From Selaginella moellendorffii (taxonomy: Eukaryota > Plantae > Lycopodiophyta): DNA of 64,000 bases. Below, piece by piece: positions 25,201 to 38,169 of the stretch; the stretch's first letter is position 1, and each line of letters begins with the position of its first letter. The notes under the pieces are model-generated. The model saw only the letters and a program-made list of their open reading frames with translations, searched no databases and was not told where the DNA came from. The DNA lies in contig NW_003314346.1 in the NCBI RefSeq assembly GCF_000143415.4, positions 650,936 through 714,935 of the forward strand, in the 5' to 3' direction. Position numbers and translations under genes: made by a program.

Positions 25201-26553
25201 TTGATGCAAGAGAGCTCGAGTGTGCCTAGTCAGTGCCATCCCATTGTGGACACCATTGTGTAACCGAGAAGCTGTGTAGATCTTTCTATTTGCCAAAGAT
25301 GCGACATGATATTATCCAGTATGAGCGCAATTGCGTTTGGTGCCAAGCTTGTAATACTCCCCCTCGTATTGCGGAAGGACGGTTAAAGTTAATTGCCGTT
25401 TCCCGTCCGTTTGAGTTGGTGGCATTTGATCTTATGGGACCTTTTCTACGGTCGACTATTGCCAGTGAGTATGTTAATATTGCTTCTGACTACTTGACTC
25501 GTTGGGTGGAAGTTGGTGCTCTTGCTAGTGCCTCTGCAACTGCTATTGGGTACTTCTTCCTCAATCGAGTGATGTTCCAGCATTCTTGTTCAGAGCGGAT
25601 TCTTTCAAATAATGGTCCCGCATTTATGGCTAAGGCATTTCATGTTTTGATGTCTCGGTTGGGGATACGCTACACTTTCATGAGTGCTTATCATCCATAA
25701 TCAGATGGTCTGATGGAATGGCTTGTTCGGACATTCAAAGGGGTGATTGCAAAGTATGTGAACTTTTAACATTCAGATTGAGATGGTTATTTGCCATCTC
25801 TTCGGTATGCATATATCATAAGGGTGCAGAGTTCTGTTGGTGCTTCACCATATAAATTCCTATATGGTCATGATCCAATATTACCAATGGAGCTGGGTTT
25901 ACCTTCGCGATTGCCGCAAGCTGCCGATGCTAGATCGTGGGATCAATATTTGATGAGCATTCTTCCATTTGTTTAAGCAAAGTCTACTGAACACTTAGGC
26001 CGCATGCAAGTGGGACAACAATGGCACTATAACTCCCATCATCATCCACCTGTAAAGTACAAAGTGGATGATTTGGTGTTAGTCCATTTTCCCCATCTTA
26101 TGGTACATGGTTTATCTAAGGGGCTCCTTGCGTAGTGGAAAGGACTGTATCGGGTGTTACAACAAGTTGGACCATAAGTTTATGAGGTTTGGCATGACAT
26201 CCAGCAGGCCAATCCTCCGGAGATTGTGCATGTGCAATGGTTAAAACGCTTCATACAAAGGGATCAGAAGCAGTTAATACCATCTACAGATCCACTAATG
26301 CCTCCTCCTAACATTCCTCCAGATCTCAACCTATCTACAAGAGAACCCTGATGGTCTTCCATTATTCTAAGAGGAGGGGATGATGTAAGGGCCAAGTGTA
26401 TGGCTACGATGCTGTATACAAATATTAGCGTAGTGGGATTTTGATAGCCGTCAGATTAGTTTCAATCCGGACCACTCACTCTTGTATATAAACTAGGGTT
26501 TTCAGGCTAATTAATATGCACATTTTCTGTATTCCCTTTCTATATTCCAAGTA

Positions 26554-26559
<6 letters not shown>
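22223..26559 (+). mobile_element. Old Ty3/gypsy element with 176-bp LTRs and an internal RNase H-integrase deletion
   Basis: Diverged LTRs at 22223-22398 and 26384-26559, PPT AAGAGGAGGGGATGA. gag from 22633 (CWACDEVGH knuckle), VDTGS protease, RT, DASNIGLGGVL (RH) jumping directly to GHHCVTEKL (INT) at ~25245. Many stops. Confidence 0.93.

Positions 26560-26597
<38 letters not shown>
26556..26597. repeat. (CA)n(TA)n microsatellite
   Basis: Seen directly, abutting the 3' LTR end. Confidence 0.97.
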
Positions 26598-26731
26598 AAA
26601 CCTAAACCTTAATTATCCTAAAACCTTTAACCAATTAAAAACTTATTTATGGGTTTTTAGGTTGTCTCTCAAATTTTCCCTTTAGTTGCTTACATACACC
26701 TTTTTTCACGACTACCTTTCAATATCACTCC

Positions 26732-28030
26732 TATAAGATACAAATCCTTAAGCATCAAAGTGGAGTAGAGGTAGTAGTGGCCAAAGTGGAAGCTAATCAA
26801 GCATAACACATTTGGACTAAAAGTTCTGACTCAAAAAATCAAGAGGGGGAGTGGAATTTCTAATAAAGTGCTTGAGAAGTGAGTATAAAGTGAGCCCAAG
26901 ATGAAGTCTAAAGAGTCTGAAATGGAGTCTGAGAAAGAGTCTAAGAAGGGATTCCAAATAGAGTCTAAGAAGGAGTCTGAGATGGAGTTCGAGAAGGAGT
27001 CTGAGATAGAGTTCAAGATGGAGTCCCAGATGGAGTTTGAGAAGGAGTCCAAGATGGGGATTGAGACCAGGATTGAGACTAAAACCAAGACCAATACCAA
27101 GTCCAAGTCCAAGTCTAGGGTGAAAGCCTAAAACAATCTTCTTCCAAACTCTAGAGGGTTTGATGAGCTCCAAAGTATAAAAGGGGGAGGATTCTAATGG
27201 AACCAATTTAGCTAGAAAAGGTTGATGTGACCAAGGAAGGTTATACCCATGTGGTGGGTGATGATATAACCATTAAGGATTTTAAAGCTAAAGTGAACAC
27301 AGATGGACAAGTGGGGTAATTTAGTGAAGTGTTCAAAAATTGATTTTAGCTCCCTTAAAAAATTGAATGGTCAATGCTCCCAATCTAAGTGTGAGTGGCA
27401 CTCCCGACTTGGATACTTTGTGTGGCTCATCAGAACCTCACTCTAGCCACATGGCTAGAGCACCCAAAGGCAGAAGATGGGGAGAGTACCCATAAGGTTC
27501 GCATTGGGCCGTAGTGTTTTATAATGTTATCCCAAACTCCTAGATTGTGGAAAAGAAGAGTAATCTTATTGTGTAGGGATCAAAGATATAGTCATGTGGC
27601 AAAGAAGTCCTAGAGGTTAATAGAACTTAGTGGTTAGGGCTTCGGGCTTTGATTTGGCCATGAACAGAAAGAGACTTAATAAGGATTAAAGAAAGGATAT
27701 TAGGGAAGGGTGTTTATTATGTCTTTAGTCTTAAGGATGCAAAGGTGTGGTTATAGAATGCCCACTCATGGACAGATGGATTAATCTTTGAAAAATGAGA
27801 TTATGGCATAGGTGGTTTAGGATTACAAATAAGACAAAGGTAAATAAACATAACTTTAGTATAACAAATTGAGATATTGGTAGTACTTTTAGGGTGTCTA
27901 TCATGGGATCGGACATGTGAAACATTTGGGCCAAGTGCAAAGATTAAATAGTATGGATGCCATTCACAAGGTTAACATGTCCTTAAGTTAGGAATAGGAC
28001 TTACGAAAGTTGTGAATAAGACTCTTCCAT
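26732..28030 (+). mobile_element. Degenerate, truncated LTR of the minisatellite-bearing family
   Basis: Reverse-complement similarity along its length to 43517-45226, including the GAGATGGAGTCC-type repeats at ~26900-27110. Confidence 0.85.
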
Positions 28031-28682
28031 AAAATGTTAAAATATTGAAATATACAATAAAAATTTTCAAGTTTATAACAAACTTCAATATTCCCATTTT
28101 TATTTGAGCTGAAAATAGCTCATTTTAACAAGAATATTATAAATGAAGAAAATAATAATTATATGGGTTTAGACTAACTTTTAATTCTAGAAACTACTCA
28201 ATCATTATTTTATTGTATAACTCATATTAGAAAATACTTTTTTTTCTCCATAATAATATCAAAAAAAGTTTTCTCCAAACCATTAAGAATTAAATTCATG
28301 AATTTTAAGTTCACAAAGGATAACATTTTTCTAACATGAAATTTCTTTATAAATTAACTATGTTCATTTGCATTGATTTGAACTGAGTGGAACTTAACTT
28401 TTGAGCTTAACTCAATTTTGGACTATCCCCTCCAATAGAGCTCACAAGCTAAAGCCTCCTTTTAAACACTCTAACAAACAAAATCCACCAAAAAAATAAT
28501 TCACATTAGCATCTTAGAATGACATAAACACAATGTTCTCCCTACAAGCTTTTAATATTGATATCTCATAATGTTGTGTGAAGCAAAGAACATCATAAAG
28601 GGAATGAAATAAAACTATCTTTTTACAAAATGGAAATCCATGTAAGAAACTTTTCTTTAGATAATAACTGATCCAGGATCCA

Positions 28683-29684
28683 TCAAGCTCGAAGAACTTC
28701 AAGGTCAAATATTGGATGTAAATTGCTGAAAGGCACACTGAGCTCATAAACTGCCATCACCTTGGCTTCCAGGCTGCCATTGTTGGGAACTTGGATCACT
28801 TTCACGACCTTGCAATCCTCCTTGACTGCCCAGATGTTCTTCTGGCAGCTCACACCACGGAACACAGACTTGCTATCGCTGGAAGAAGCATTTGTCAGAT
28901 GGAGTGCCTCCCATGAGTTGTTGCCACTGTCATATCTCTGCAACGTGTTGGCATCGTAGATCCGGTTGGCATGCACAATACAGCGGCACCCGCGCAATCT
29001 AGTCATGTCCGCCACTTCCCAGGAATGATCTTGTGCTGAGAAAACAAGCGTCTCTCCATTACCAGCACGCAAGATAACCATCTTGTTACCATCCACGACA
29101 AGAGCGTTGCGAAAGGCCATGGTCCCATGCGGTGGCAATGGCGGGAGGGGATACCATCGGTCCTCCAGCGGATTGTATGTCTCAGCGTCCTGTTCCTGCC
29201 GCTCACGGTTGCCACCAACGACGTAGAGCTGACCCTCCATAGCCGCGGACGCAAAGAAGAATCGAGGACACAGCATTGGCGCTGCGGCGGTCCATCGATT
29301 CGTGTGTGAATCGAAGACGCTCAGTGATTTCCCCTGGCCTAATCCGAGAAGATAGAGCTTGCTGCCGAGGGCCCTGCAATCGAATCCCCCAGTGGCGTAG
29401 AAGCCCCGCGGTGGAGGAGGAAGAACCATCCACGCTTTCTTGGAGCTACTGGGATTGAACGCCATGATCAAAAGCTCGTTCTCTTGCCTGAGGATCACCG
29501 TGGCGACAAGCCATTCCTCGTCCAACCCCTGCGCAGCGCGATCATCATAGAACTTGGCGCTGGAGACGAGATCCCTCCACGCTCGGCTCACCTTGCGCAT
29601 CTGCCCATGAGATGAGAGGGACACTCGCAGGAGGCACTGGTAAGCGGCATCGCTGTCCAGGCCGGGGATGATTGTCGTCGCCAT
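28683..29684 (-). CDS. F-box/kelch-repeat protein, intronless, 333 aa
   Basis: N-terminal F-box IIPGLDSDAAYQCLLRV and kelch motifs (KLYLLG..VFDSHTNRW..APM; AAMEGQLYVVGG..AETYNPLEDRW). Uninterrupted ORF. Confidence 0.92.
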   Translation of the reverse strand: MATTIIPGLDSDAAYQCLLRVSLSSHGQMRKVSRAWRDLVSSAKFYDDRAAQGLDEEWLVATVILRQENELLIMAFNPSSSKKAWMVLPPPPRGFYATGGFDCRALGSKLYLLGLGQGKSLSVFDSHTNRWTAAAPMLCPRFFFASAAMEGQLYVVGGNRERQEQDAETYNPLEDRWYPLPPLPPHGTMAFRNALVVDGNKMVILRAGNGETLVFSAQDHSWEVADMTRLRGCRCIVHANRIYDANTLQRYDSGNNSWEALHLTNASSSDSKSVFRGVSCQKNIWAVKEDCKVVKVIQVPNNGSLEAKVMAVYELSVPFSNLHPIFDLEVLRA

Positions 29685-29734
29685 AGCCCAGCTCTATTTG
29701 CCCTAACTCCAGATCCAAGCAGCCCTTTATACGC

Positions 29735-30190
29735 AGAGCAGATGCCCCGGTTGGGCATCTTGACGAGGCAACGTTTCTTTTTCCTTGGCGTCGCTGGCTG
29801 CGAGGAATTTGTCGCTTGCCGGGGATTCTTATGTGATTCCGTAGTCGCTATGATGATCACTGCCTCTTCGGGGGCGAGACATGCATCACGACAGCCAGGT
29901 CTTCTTTAGGATGCCCCAATGCGATGACGGTTTAGTCTCTACGTGTTCTACCAACGCCGCGATGCCCACAATGGGGATATGGAGCAAGGACTGCATTGTT
30001 TGGTAGGATACTCATCAAGGACGAGAGAAGCGCCAGATATCTTTAACATGCATGGAATCCCTCGAGATTCCTTGGAATGCAATCCTTCGAGCAATGTTCC
30101 GATGAGGCATAGCGCTACAAGTGAGTGAGTCTATCTCAAGCATTGCCTTGTGGACGTTCTCACCAAGTCTGCAGGGCTGGAGGAGGCTGA
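29735..30190 (+). pseudogene. Degenerate PLS-class PPR gene fragment
   Basis: GHLDEATFLF, QVFFRMPQCD, AHNGDMEQ. Paralogous to 31730-32000. Confidence 0.6.
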
Positions 30191-30918
30191 GGAGCTCATG
30201 CATAGCATGCCAGCCTGGCATCCAAGAGAATAAGATCGGACAAGCAATCTCCCGGACCCTTGGCTTCGACCAGCTTTGCCCCTTTCTCCTCAGTCTTCTG
30301 CAAGAAACATATGAATCGCTAACAATCCCGTAATTGTTTGGAGGTCTTCATTCTCCCAATTAACCCTCCCAGAGTGCTTCCACGACGAGTTGCCTAGCTC
30401 CACCATCGCATATGGCTTGAAAAGGAGATTCAATAAGCGAGCTTCGGACTGGATAGAAAGAAATCCATGCACAAGTCCAATGGTGCAGTCTCTGCGAAAT
30501 AACACAAAACAAGGTTTTTTCAACACAAAGAGCCTCTTGCAACGCGCAAACAAGAAGAGCAGAAGAAGTCCACAGGAAAATGAAACAAGAACCTGAAGTG
30601 TGTCTGGACGACATCTGGAACGAGTTTTTCTTCCCACTTGGCAGGCAAGTATCTGGACAAGACAAACCAGCGATCAACCTGCTTGAATCAAAACAGAGCA
30701 AACTCCAAACCAAGATGGCACCTGACAAGAAGTTCATTCCCGTGTTTGCTTCCCACACACAGGGCAGTCACAACAAGCTAAGCTGTTTGACATCACAGCA
30801 CTGCAAGAAAACGATTACAAGCTCGATCACTCACCTGAGCTGGCGGAGCGTCCTGGAGTGACACACTGCGTTGCCGCTTCCCTACAACCCGAATCAAGCT
30901 CTCGCGGCCCTGGAGCAT
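30190..30918 (-). pseudogene. FAN1: FAN1 copy B: 5' exons joined to a degenerate VRR-NUC 3' exon, middle deleted
   Basis: ATG at 30918 gives MLQGRESLIRVVGKRQR (the plant FAN1 N-terminus). Then TAPLDLCMD.FYPVRSSLIES...AKLVEAKGPGD.LS. Confidence 0.88.
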
Positions 30919-31061
30919 TGTAATGCCACCGGCCGCTTCCTCCTCGCTCTCCCAATAGACCTCAACCGTACGCACACAGAAAAAAACCATTTCATAGAAC
31001 TTTTCATCTGCAAACACGACATCCTTGTAGATAACTTATTCATCTTTAGCTAGTAGCTCAT

Positions 31062-31540
31062 CTAAGCTCGAAGAATCTGAACGGCGAAGCTTATGGGATT
31101 GACGCCGGATGCTTGGCTTCCAAGCCAGATCAACGTCACAGCCTTGCAATTCGCCGAGACTGCCCAGATGTTCTTCTGGCAGCTCACAGCGCGGAAGAAA
31201 AACTTGTGATCGGTGGAAGAAGCGGTCGTCAGCTGCAGCTCCTCCCATAACTTCTTGCCTCCAATACAATGATTCGGCCATGTCGTTCCATAGGTGCACA
31301 AAGTAGTGGCGCCGGCCAGTCGCCGCTTCCCAGGAAAGATCTTGGAAAACAAGCGTCTCTCCGGCACCACCGGGCGAGCTCAAGATCACCTGGTTGTGAA
31401 AAGATTTCGTTTCCTGCGGTGGAGAACGCAGCATTGGTGCTGCGAAGCTCCATCGATTCTTGCGTGCATCGAAGACGCTCACCGATTTGCAAGGAGATAG
31501 AGCTTGGGACCCAGAGCCCTGCACTCGAATCCTCCCGTGT
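31062..31540 (-). pseudogene. F-box/kelch pseudogene (5'-truncated, internally deleted)
   Basis: GGFECRALGPKLYLL, SVSVFDARKNRWSFAAPM, AVSCQKNIWAV...ILRA*. Confidence 0.85.
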
Positions 31541-31569
31541 TGGGCTCATCCTGGCGAGCAAGTACCGGC

Positions 31570-32245
31570 AATGCACATTCTGCTATCACATATGCCCACT
31601 TTGGGCATCTTGACGAGGCGATCAAGGTTTTCCACTTCTCGGAACATCCTATTACGGGTTCTATGCGAAGAAAATCGCGTTGCTGATGCGAGGAAAGCCA
31701 GGACGTGGTGACCTGGACGACAATAGTGAGCACATATGCCCCGATTGGGCATCATGACGAGGCAAATGCCGCAACGAGCTCTTCGGCCGAGACATGCATC
31801 ACGCCAGCCAAATCTTCTTTGGGATGCCCCAGTGCGATGATGGGTTAGTCTCTACGTGTTCTCCCAACGGACTCCATGCCCACAATGGGGATATGGAGCA
31901 AGCAACTGCATTGTTCAATAGGATACTCATCAGAGTCGCGGGGGATGTTCTTTAAGGTGCATGGAATCCCTCGTGATTCATCTCTTTGGAACTCGTATTT
32001 CCTGATCCTCCGCCAAGAGGATCTCTAAGATGACGGTGGTGATTCTATCACCTCGCGGTCCCGATCGAAGAGCTCTTGAGACGGTGACACTGAGGACTTG
32101 GAACTGGCTGTGTGTAGCGTGCAATGGATTCTTCGCAGTCCACAGCAGGATGGAATGGCGGAGTTGCTTACCGGTTCTTATGACTTCAAGCAAGGCGGAG
32201 CAAGTTGCAGAGGCCTGCACAGCCGTCTCGGGCCCCGATCTAGGA
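31570..32245 (+). pseudogene. Degenerate PLS-class PPR gene with possible E-domain remnant
   Basis: YAHFGHLDEAIKVF; DVVTWTTIVSTYAPIGHHDEA; HNGDMEQATALFNRI; MEWRS-like E-motif remnant. Confidence 0.7.
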
Positions 32246-35235
32246 TCGATCATTCATCGTCTTGGAGACCTTGCAAAGTTCCACTGGAATATTAGCGTCC
32301 GAGAGAATAAGAAACCAGGCCACCTGTTGCTCGGACAAGCGATCCCCTGGACCCTTGACTTCCGCCAGCTTTGCCTCTTAGAAGATCAGGCATTCCAGCC
32401 GTCCAGTTACTGTGGTCTTCTGCAAGAAGCTTGCAAATCGCCGACAATCCTGGACCTCCGATACAGACCGTTATTGTTTGAAGGTCTTCAAGCGAGTACT
32501 TCTCCCAGTTTACCCCGCTACATGATGTCCCGTAGTGCTATGCCCAAGTCTCAGCCACGAGTGTTAGAGGTAGAGATGATGTGGCAGTTGTTATGCCCAC
32601 GTGGCAGTAGCTTTATGTATATGTACACAATCATATACAGTTATATATATACAGTTCTTCCTCCTCGTGTGCGCGTCTCTCCGCTGCTGTGACACAGTAC
32701 GTACCACCTTGTGTTTTTTCTTTAAAAGCGCTGCATATGGAGGTACTTTCCACCTTCTAGGAGGTTTTCCTAGTCGGAGAACCCTCCGTTGCAAAGCGAT
32801 ACGATCCCCTCCTCGGACGTTGAAATCGCTTAATCCGTTTTCTGCAACGAGCAGGCTCTCTTCTAAACGCTGTAAGTGCTCCAAGTCAATAGATAGCCGG
32901 AGAGTCCAGTATCCTCTCCGTCCAGGACAATACTGCATGCTAAGGAGCTGCTTGAAGAGGTTTACAGCTTCAGCGTATCTGGTCAAGAGCCAGTTTTAGT
33001 TCAAAAGTATTGTCCGCCATTGGTGAAAGAGCGTACCTGCGTTCTTTCTCCAGAAACGATGCAGCCACAGTACAGATTGTTGCATACACCCATGCAGCCG
33101 AAAATCGTGCTAAAAATGGATGCTTGCTCTCGGTGTGTGCATTGATCAATTCGAGAGTAGTCCTTGCTTTTCGAAAAGAGGAGTTTAGAGCCTCAGAATT
33201 ACCAGCCTCCAGGGACATGTCAACCACCTGAGCCAATTGCAATGCCTGAAAACTTGACGGTCAGACAAATTTTATAACAAAGTAGGAACGGACCTGCTCA
33301 TACGCCAGAAAGTCCTCTCGAGAAGCGAAGACTGGCATTGTTCTAGCGCACCTATAGCTTGGATGCTTGATCCTTCCAATATCCACAAGAAGAAAAACAT
33401 GGAACTCCTGCTCACCGTTTAGAAAGAACAGCCTCTGAATAAAAATAAATAAATTGCTCAGCATCAGCAGTGTAACACTTTGGAGAGGATGTCAACTGAC
33501 CTGTAAACGCCAAAGTAGAACGTCAACTGTTTCGGCTATTCGAATGCATGGCCCGGTTGCTTCACGAATTAAAGCCGTTAGATTACTGCCGCCAAGTATT
33601 TCACGCTTGTATAAAAAACCAATGATCACTTGCTACTTACAAATGCAGCGAAATCAATGCATCTGAAGCTTTTTCAAACTTAGCGTAGCACTTTTGATCT
33701 GTAAGCATGAACAGAAATAAAAACAAGGAAGAAAGTCTTAGAAGTAACTACCATGATTTTGCTGTTCACTGCCAAATCTTTGAGCTCTTGTACAGTCAGA
33801 TGTTCAAGCAACTCAGACGAATTGACGTCCGCGTCGAAAACTAAGTAGCGTCTCTCTGTTACAAGGGAGCAAACATATTATGAAGTACACGATGAAAGAA
33901 ATTGAGTACCGACTAACTCATGGACTGCAGAATTTGTGTCACCAATATCTTCATAGAAGATGTTCTGAAGACGGAACCATGGCCCTGCAAAAACCACTGT
34001 CTCCCTTGAGTCACAGTTTGTGCGACGGCGTCGAGCTTACCCTTTCGTTGAGCCAATCTTACAAAAAGGCGCTGTCCATCAGACGAGATTGAACGAAATG
34101 CCTCGAGAAGTTCGATCTCGTCTGGAGTAAAGAGATGGAGATCCCGTTCCAATACCACTTGGAGAATGTAGAGAAAATTCTGTTGGTATCGACAGCCGTG
34201 GTCTTGTCCCTTGTCAGCTGCATCCATCAGACGGCTCCATTTGACAGCCAGCACTTTTTCTTCTGAGAGACTTCCAATAGTCCGACTCTGGATCTCACGC
34301 AAATCAAGCTTGAGGCGTGCAGCTTCCGATGTACTCTCGGAGACATATCCCTGAAAGCTTTGTGAACAATTGAAAAACGCCCCAGAGATTAGTTACCTGA
34401 ACGTCTACCACGCCTTTGTCCATGAGAGGAGACAAATAACGCGAAAGCTCTTTTGGAATATGTCCCAGAGAAAGCCCATCCGCCGTAAGCACCTGGCGCA
34501 ATGTTGTTGTCAGCCATGAAACACGTCCATTCAGTCAAGTTTACCTTCACAGCGTATGTATCCATGGGATTTTCTGGTTCCCTTACCAGGTGAACTCGCA
34601 TCCCAGCTTGGCACTCGACGTCTCTGTGGTACTTGCGGCCAGCAATGCTTGCCTCCAGGCAGCCATTGTAAAGATCTCTAGTTTCACTGTTGAGCTCTGC
34701 CGGAAGGACGCTGTTGGCCACGTCGGGCTCCTCAAAGCATTCAAGAGTAGAAGAAACTTCCGGTTTTGGAGACCCTGCCGCCGTGTTACAGTCGACCCCA
34801 GTCTCGAGCGGAGGAGACTGCTGGATTTCTAGTACGCAGTTTCCGCTTTCCTCGTACTCTATCTTTTTCGACAAGTTGAAGTGAAAGAGTGTATGCTGGA
34901 CACTGTGCTTCTTTTCTTCCCACTTTGCAGGCAAGTATCTGAACAAGAGAAACCATCGATCAGCGTGCTTGAATCAAAACAGAGCAAAATCCAAACCAAG
35001 ATGGCAGTTGACGAGAAGTTCATTCCCGCGTATTTGCTTCCCACACACAGGGCATTCCACCCAGTCACAACAAGCTAAGCTCAGGCCTCCTTTTATTTCC
35101 AGCGAAACATCACCGCACTCCAACTCTTCCTGCAGGAAGACGATCACAAATCCACCGAAGAAATAGAAGCTCGATTCACTCACCCGAGCCGGCGGAGCGT
35201 CCTGGAGTGACACATTGCGCTGCCGCTTCCCAACA
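32240..35235 (-). pseudogene. FAN1: FAN1 copy C (near full length: UBZ-like, HIRAN, SAP, TPR-like, VRR-NUC), disrupted
   Basis: WVECPVCG..VNCHL; IAGRKYH...LVREPENPMDTYAVKV (HIRAN); RLFFLNGEQ; RRGYWTLRLSIDLEHL; GMPDLL/EAKLAEVKGPGDRLSEQQVAW with stop at 32240. The start codon is deleted, exons between ~32560 and 32700 are missing, and there is a frameshift in the catalytic motif. Confidence 0.93.
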
Positions 35236-35239
35236 TGCC

Positions 35240-35554
35240 GAATTACCGCCGAGCTGTGTGTAGGACGCTTCCTCTTCGCAGACCTAAACCCTAGCCAAAT
35301 CCTTCCATTCCTTAGGGCAAAAGCTTATGATATTAGGTGCACCCGATTGAATTATAAAATAGATGCCTTCAAAGTTTGGTCACCTGTATTACAAGCGAAC
35401 ATTCTTAGCGTGCTTCGACCAAGGGGAGAATTTAATATCTACACGGCATTTCAAGACTATGAAGTCAATATAAATCGCAATCCCACTCCTCAAGGCTATA
35501 AAAACAGCCCCAAAATTCCATTGCACAACCACGAGTTCTCATAATTTAAGTACC
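35240..35554. promoter_or_regulatory. Short divergent intergenic region between FAN1 and chitinase (telo-box, TATA)
   Basis: AAACCCTA at ~35287 and TATAAAAA at ~35497. The genes are head-to-head, ~300 bp apart. Confidence 0.55.
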
Positions 35555-36305
35555 ATGGCATTAGTCATGATAATGTTTATGCTATGCCTCCTAGGATTTT
35601 CTCCGTTCTCTACACTAGCATCTCCCTCCAGTATTATAACTGAGTCTGTGTTTAGGAAGTTCTTCCCATCCAACATCGCGAATCCTTTCTACACATACAA
35701 TGATTTCATTGCGGCAACAAAATACTATCCCACGTTTGGAAGCACGGGGAGTCTTGATGTTCAAAAGAGGGAACTGGCTGCCTACTTTGCAAATGTGAAG
35801 CAGGAGACTGGAAGTAAACTCGCTTAGTATTTATCCATTAATCTCACTAATGTCTTTGATTGTAGCACTGCAATACATTCGAGAGATCAACCGAAACAAC
35901 GTCTATTGTGACACTAGCCGTGGGATCCCATGTCCTGCAGGTACAAAGGCTTACTATGGAAGAGGACTGTTATATTCAATATTTAAAGTGTATATATACA
36001 GGAATTACAATTACGATGCTGCTGGAAAGGCTTTCAACATGAACCTCCTCCAAAATCCAGACCAGGTTGCTCAGAATGGCGTCCTTTCGTGGAGGTCATC
36101 CGTGTGGTTTTGGATGCAAAATTCGAATTGCCTCACCGCAATAACACAGAACCAAGGATTTGGAGCTACAATTCGAGCCATCAATGGAGGTCAGGAGTGT
36201 GGCAAGGGCAGTGAGACACAACCCGCACAGAACCGCATCAATTATTACAAGGACTTTTGCTCACAGTTGGGTGTTTCACCAGGTGGGAACCTTGGCTGTG
36301 CTTAA
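35555..36305 (+). CDS. GH19 chitinase without chitin-binding domain (exons 35555-35813, 35866-36305); conserved QLxW motif deleted
   Basis: Signal peptide; FYTYNDFIAA; KRELAAYFANVKQETG|LQYIREIN; YYGRG; NYNY; NPDQVA; VWFWM; GFGATIRAINGGQEC; LGVSPGGNLGC. 52-bp GT-AG intron at 35814-35865. Confidence 0.88.
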
Positions 36306-36780
36306 ACAAATGTTTTTAAAAGTAATGAATAAGTAATTAACTACTGAGTATGTATTAATAAAAACAAATAATAAATCTGGAAATTGGTTGTTGATGAGTG
36401 CAATCTTTACAGTAGCAAGAATTACTAGAGGAGAATGCTGAAAAGTCATGTATAATAAAGCCGATAATAATATCTTGCCTATCAGTCTACTTATAAAATG
36501 GGTAAAGTTATAAGATGATGGATATCTAAACAATTTTGGTATCTAAAAAGCATTGCTGATATTACCGCGGCGCAGACCTAAACCCTAGCCAAGTCTACTC
36601 ACATTCTTCTCGTTCGTTTTAAACGCAAAGTCTAAGTACTTGCTTTGTTGCCACCATCGGTTCCATCCCACTCTCGAAGCTGGTCGAGGTATCCAGTGTG
36701 ATAAATTAACCTGCGGGGGATTGTCGTTAAAACAACGACTTAAAATAGCTAAGCAAAATACTGTCTCAGTATGATATTAT

Positions 36781-37205
36781 CGGGGAGTCTTGATGTTCAA
36801 AAGAGGGAACTGGTTGCCTACTTTGCAAATGTGAAGCAGGAAACTGGAAGTAAACTCACATAGCATTTATCCATTAATCTCATACTACGGAAGAGGAACT
36901 TTGCAGCTCACCTGGTAAGTTGGAAATGTTATATTCAAAATTTAAAGAGTATATATATACAGGAATTACAATTACGATGCTTCTGGAAAGGCTTTCAACA
37001 TGAACATCCTCCAAAATCTAGACCAGGTTGCTCAGAATGGCGTCCTTTCGTGGAGGTCATCAGTGTGGTTTTGGATGCAAAATTCGAATTGCCACACCGC
37101 AATAACATAGAACCAAGGATTTGGAGCTACAATTCGAGCCATCAATGGAGGTCAGGAGTGTGGCAAGGGCAGTGAGACACACGCACAGAACCGTATCTGC
37201 TTAAA
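36781..37205 (+). pseudogene. Second GH19 chitinase copy, truncated
   Basis: Near-identical to 35745-36305 but lacks the 5' end and most of exon 2. Has an in-frame TAG (~37108) and a 3' deletion. Retains YYGRGTLQLTW and the intron-2 donor. Confidence 0.9.
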
Positions 37206-37471
37206 CAAATGTTTTTAAAAGTAATTATTAATCAACCAATTAGTTCAACCTCCCTAAAGCTGTTCCTTGGTCAAGTTTCCCTGCTAGAACATGAAGGACA
37301 AGAAGACTTAGCGAGAGAGGGGGATAGAGCATGTATACCAAGGTGTGGCAATAAAGAGACTTATTTGGAGATCATCTTCGAGTTTTAAGACAACGATCAC
37401 ATCGTTTCTGCAGCTCTAGAAACGATCAAGGACATCAAGTCGACATTCTGCTCGCTCAACAGTTGATTATC

Positions 37472-38157
37472 ATGGAGTTCTTGTCAATTGTGGCAGTTCT
37501 AGTGATTGCTGAGTTATTTGCTCCAGGCTTGGGTTTCCAGTGTCCAAAAGCCATGTTCTGGTTCAGGGATTCTATTGTCGATACAGGGAATGTTCAAGCA
37601 GCAGCTCCGTCTATTAGTGCCGCAGAGTATAAGCCTTATGGCATGACTTTCTTCAGTAAGCCATCGAAGAGATACTCGGATGGTTGCGTGGTTGTTGAAG
37701 TTTTTGGTAATTGTGTGTGTTGATTAAACAGCATTTGATGTTATTCGTGAATGTTTTTGCAGCAGAGGCTTTTGAGTATGATAGATTCCTGGATCCCATT
37801 TTGCAAAGTATTAACTTGAATTATGCCAATGGGGTGAATTTTGCGGTCTCTGGAGCGACTGCTTTAAACACCAGCCTCGAAGTCCCACTGTACCTTCCGG
37901 TTCAGATTGACCAGTTTCTGAGGTTCAAAGGTAATGATTCTTCTCAGACTTTGCAAAGGTAGTGTCATTCATGGATTCCTCTGTAGGGATGCAAAAGCTA
38001 ATTCCTTATTATCATCATCTAAAAGACTGCTCTGTATGTGGTTGTCATAAGTACTAACGACCTTCTCAATTCCTACTTGTTGGAGCATAGAAGCCCTAAG
38101 AATGTAACAGCTGAGGTTGTTCTATATGTTGTGAGAGCCATCTCTTACACATTATAG
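37472..38157 (+). pseudogene. GDSL esterase/lipase, first three exons, truncated by LTR insertions
   Basis: MFWF(R)DSIVDTGN; PYGMTFF.KPSKRYSDG; NGVNFAVSGAT; LY...STND. Frameshift and stop in exon 3, and no downstream exons found. Confidence 0.88.
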
Positions 38158-38169
38158 GTATATAAATTT

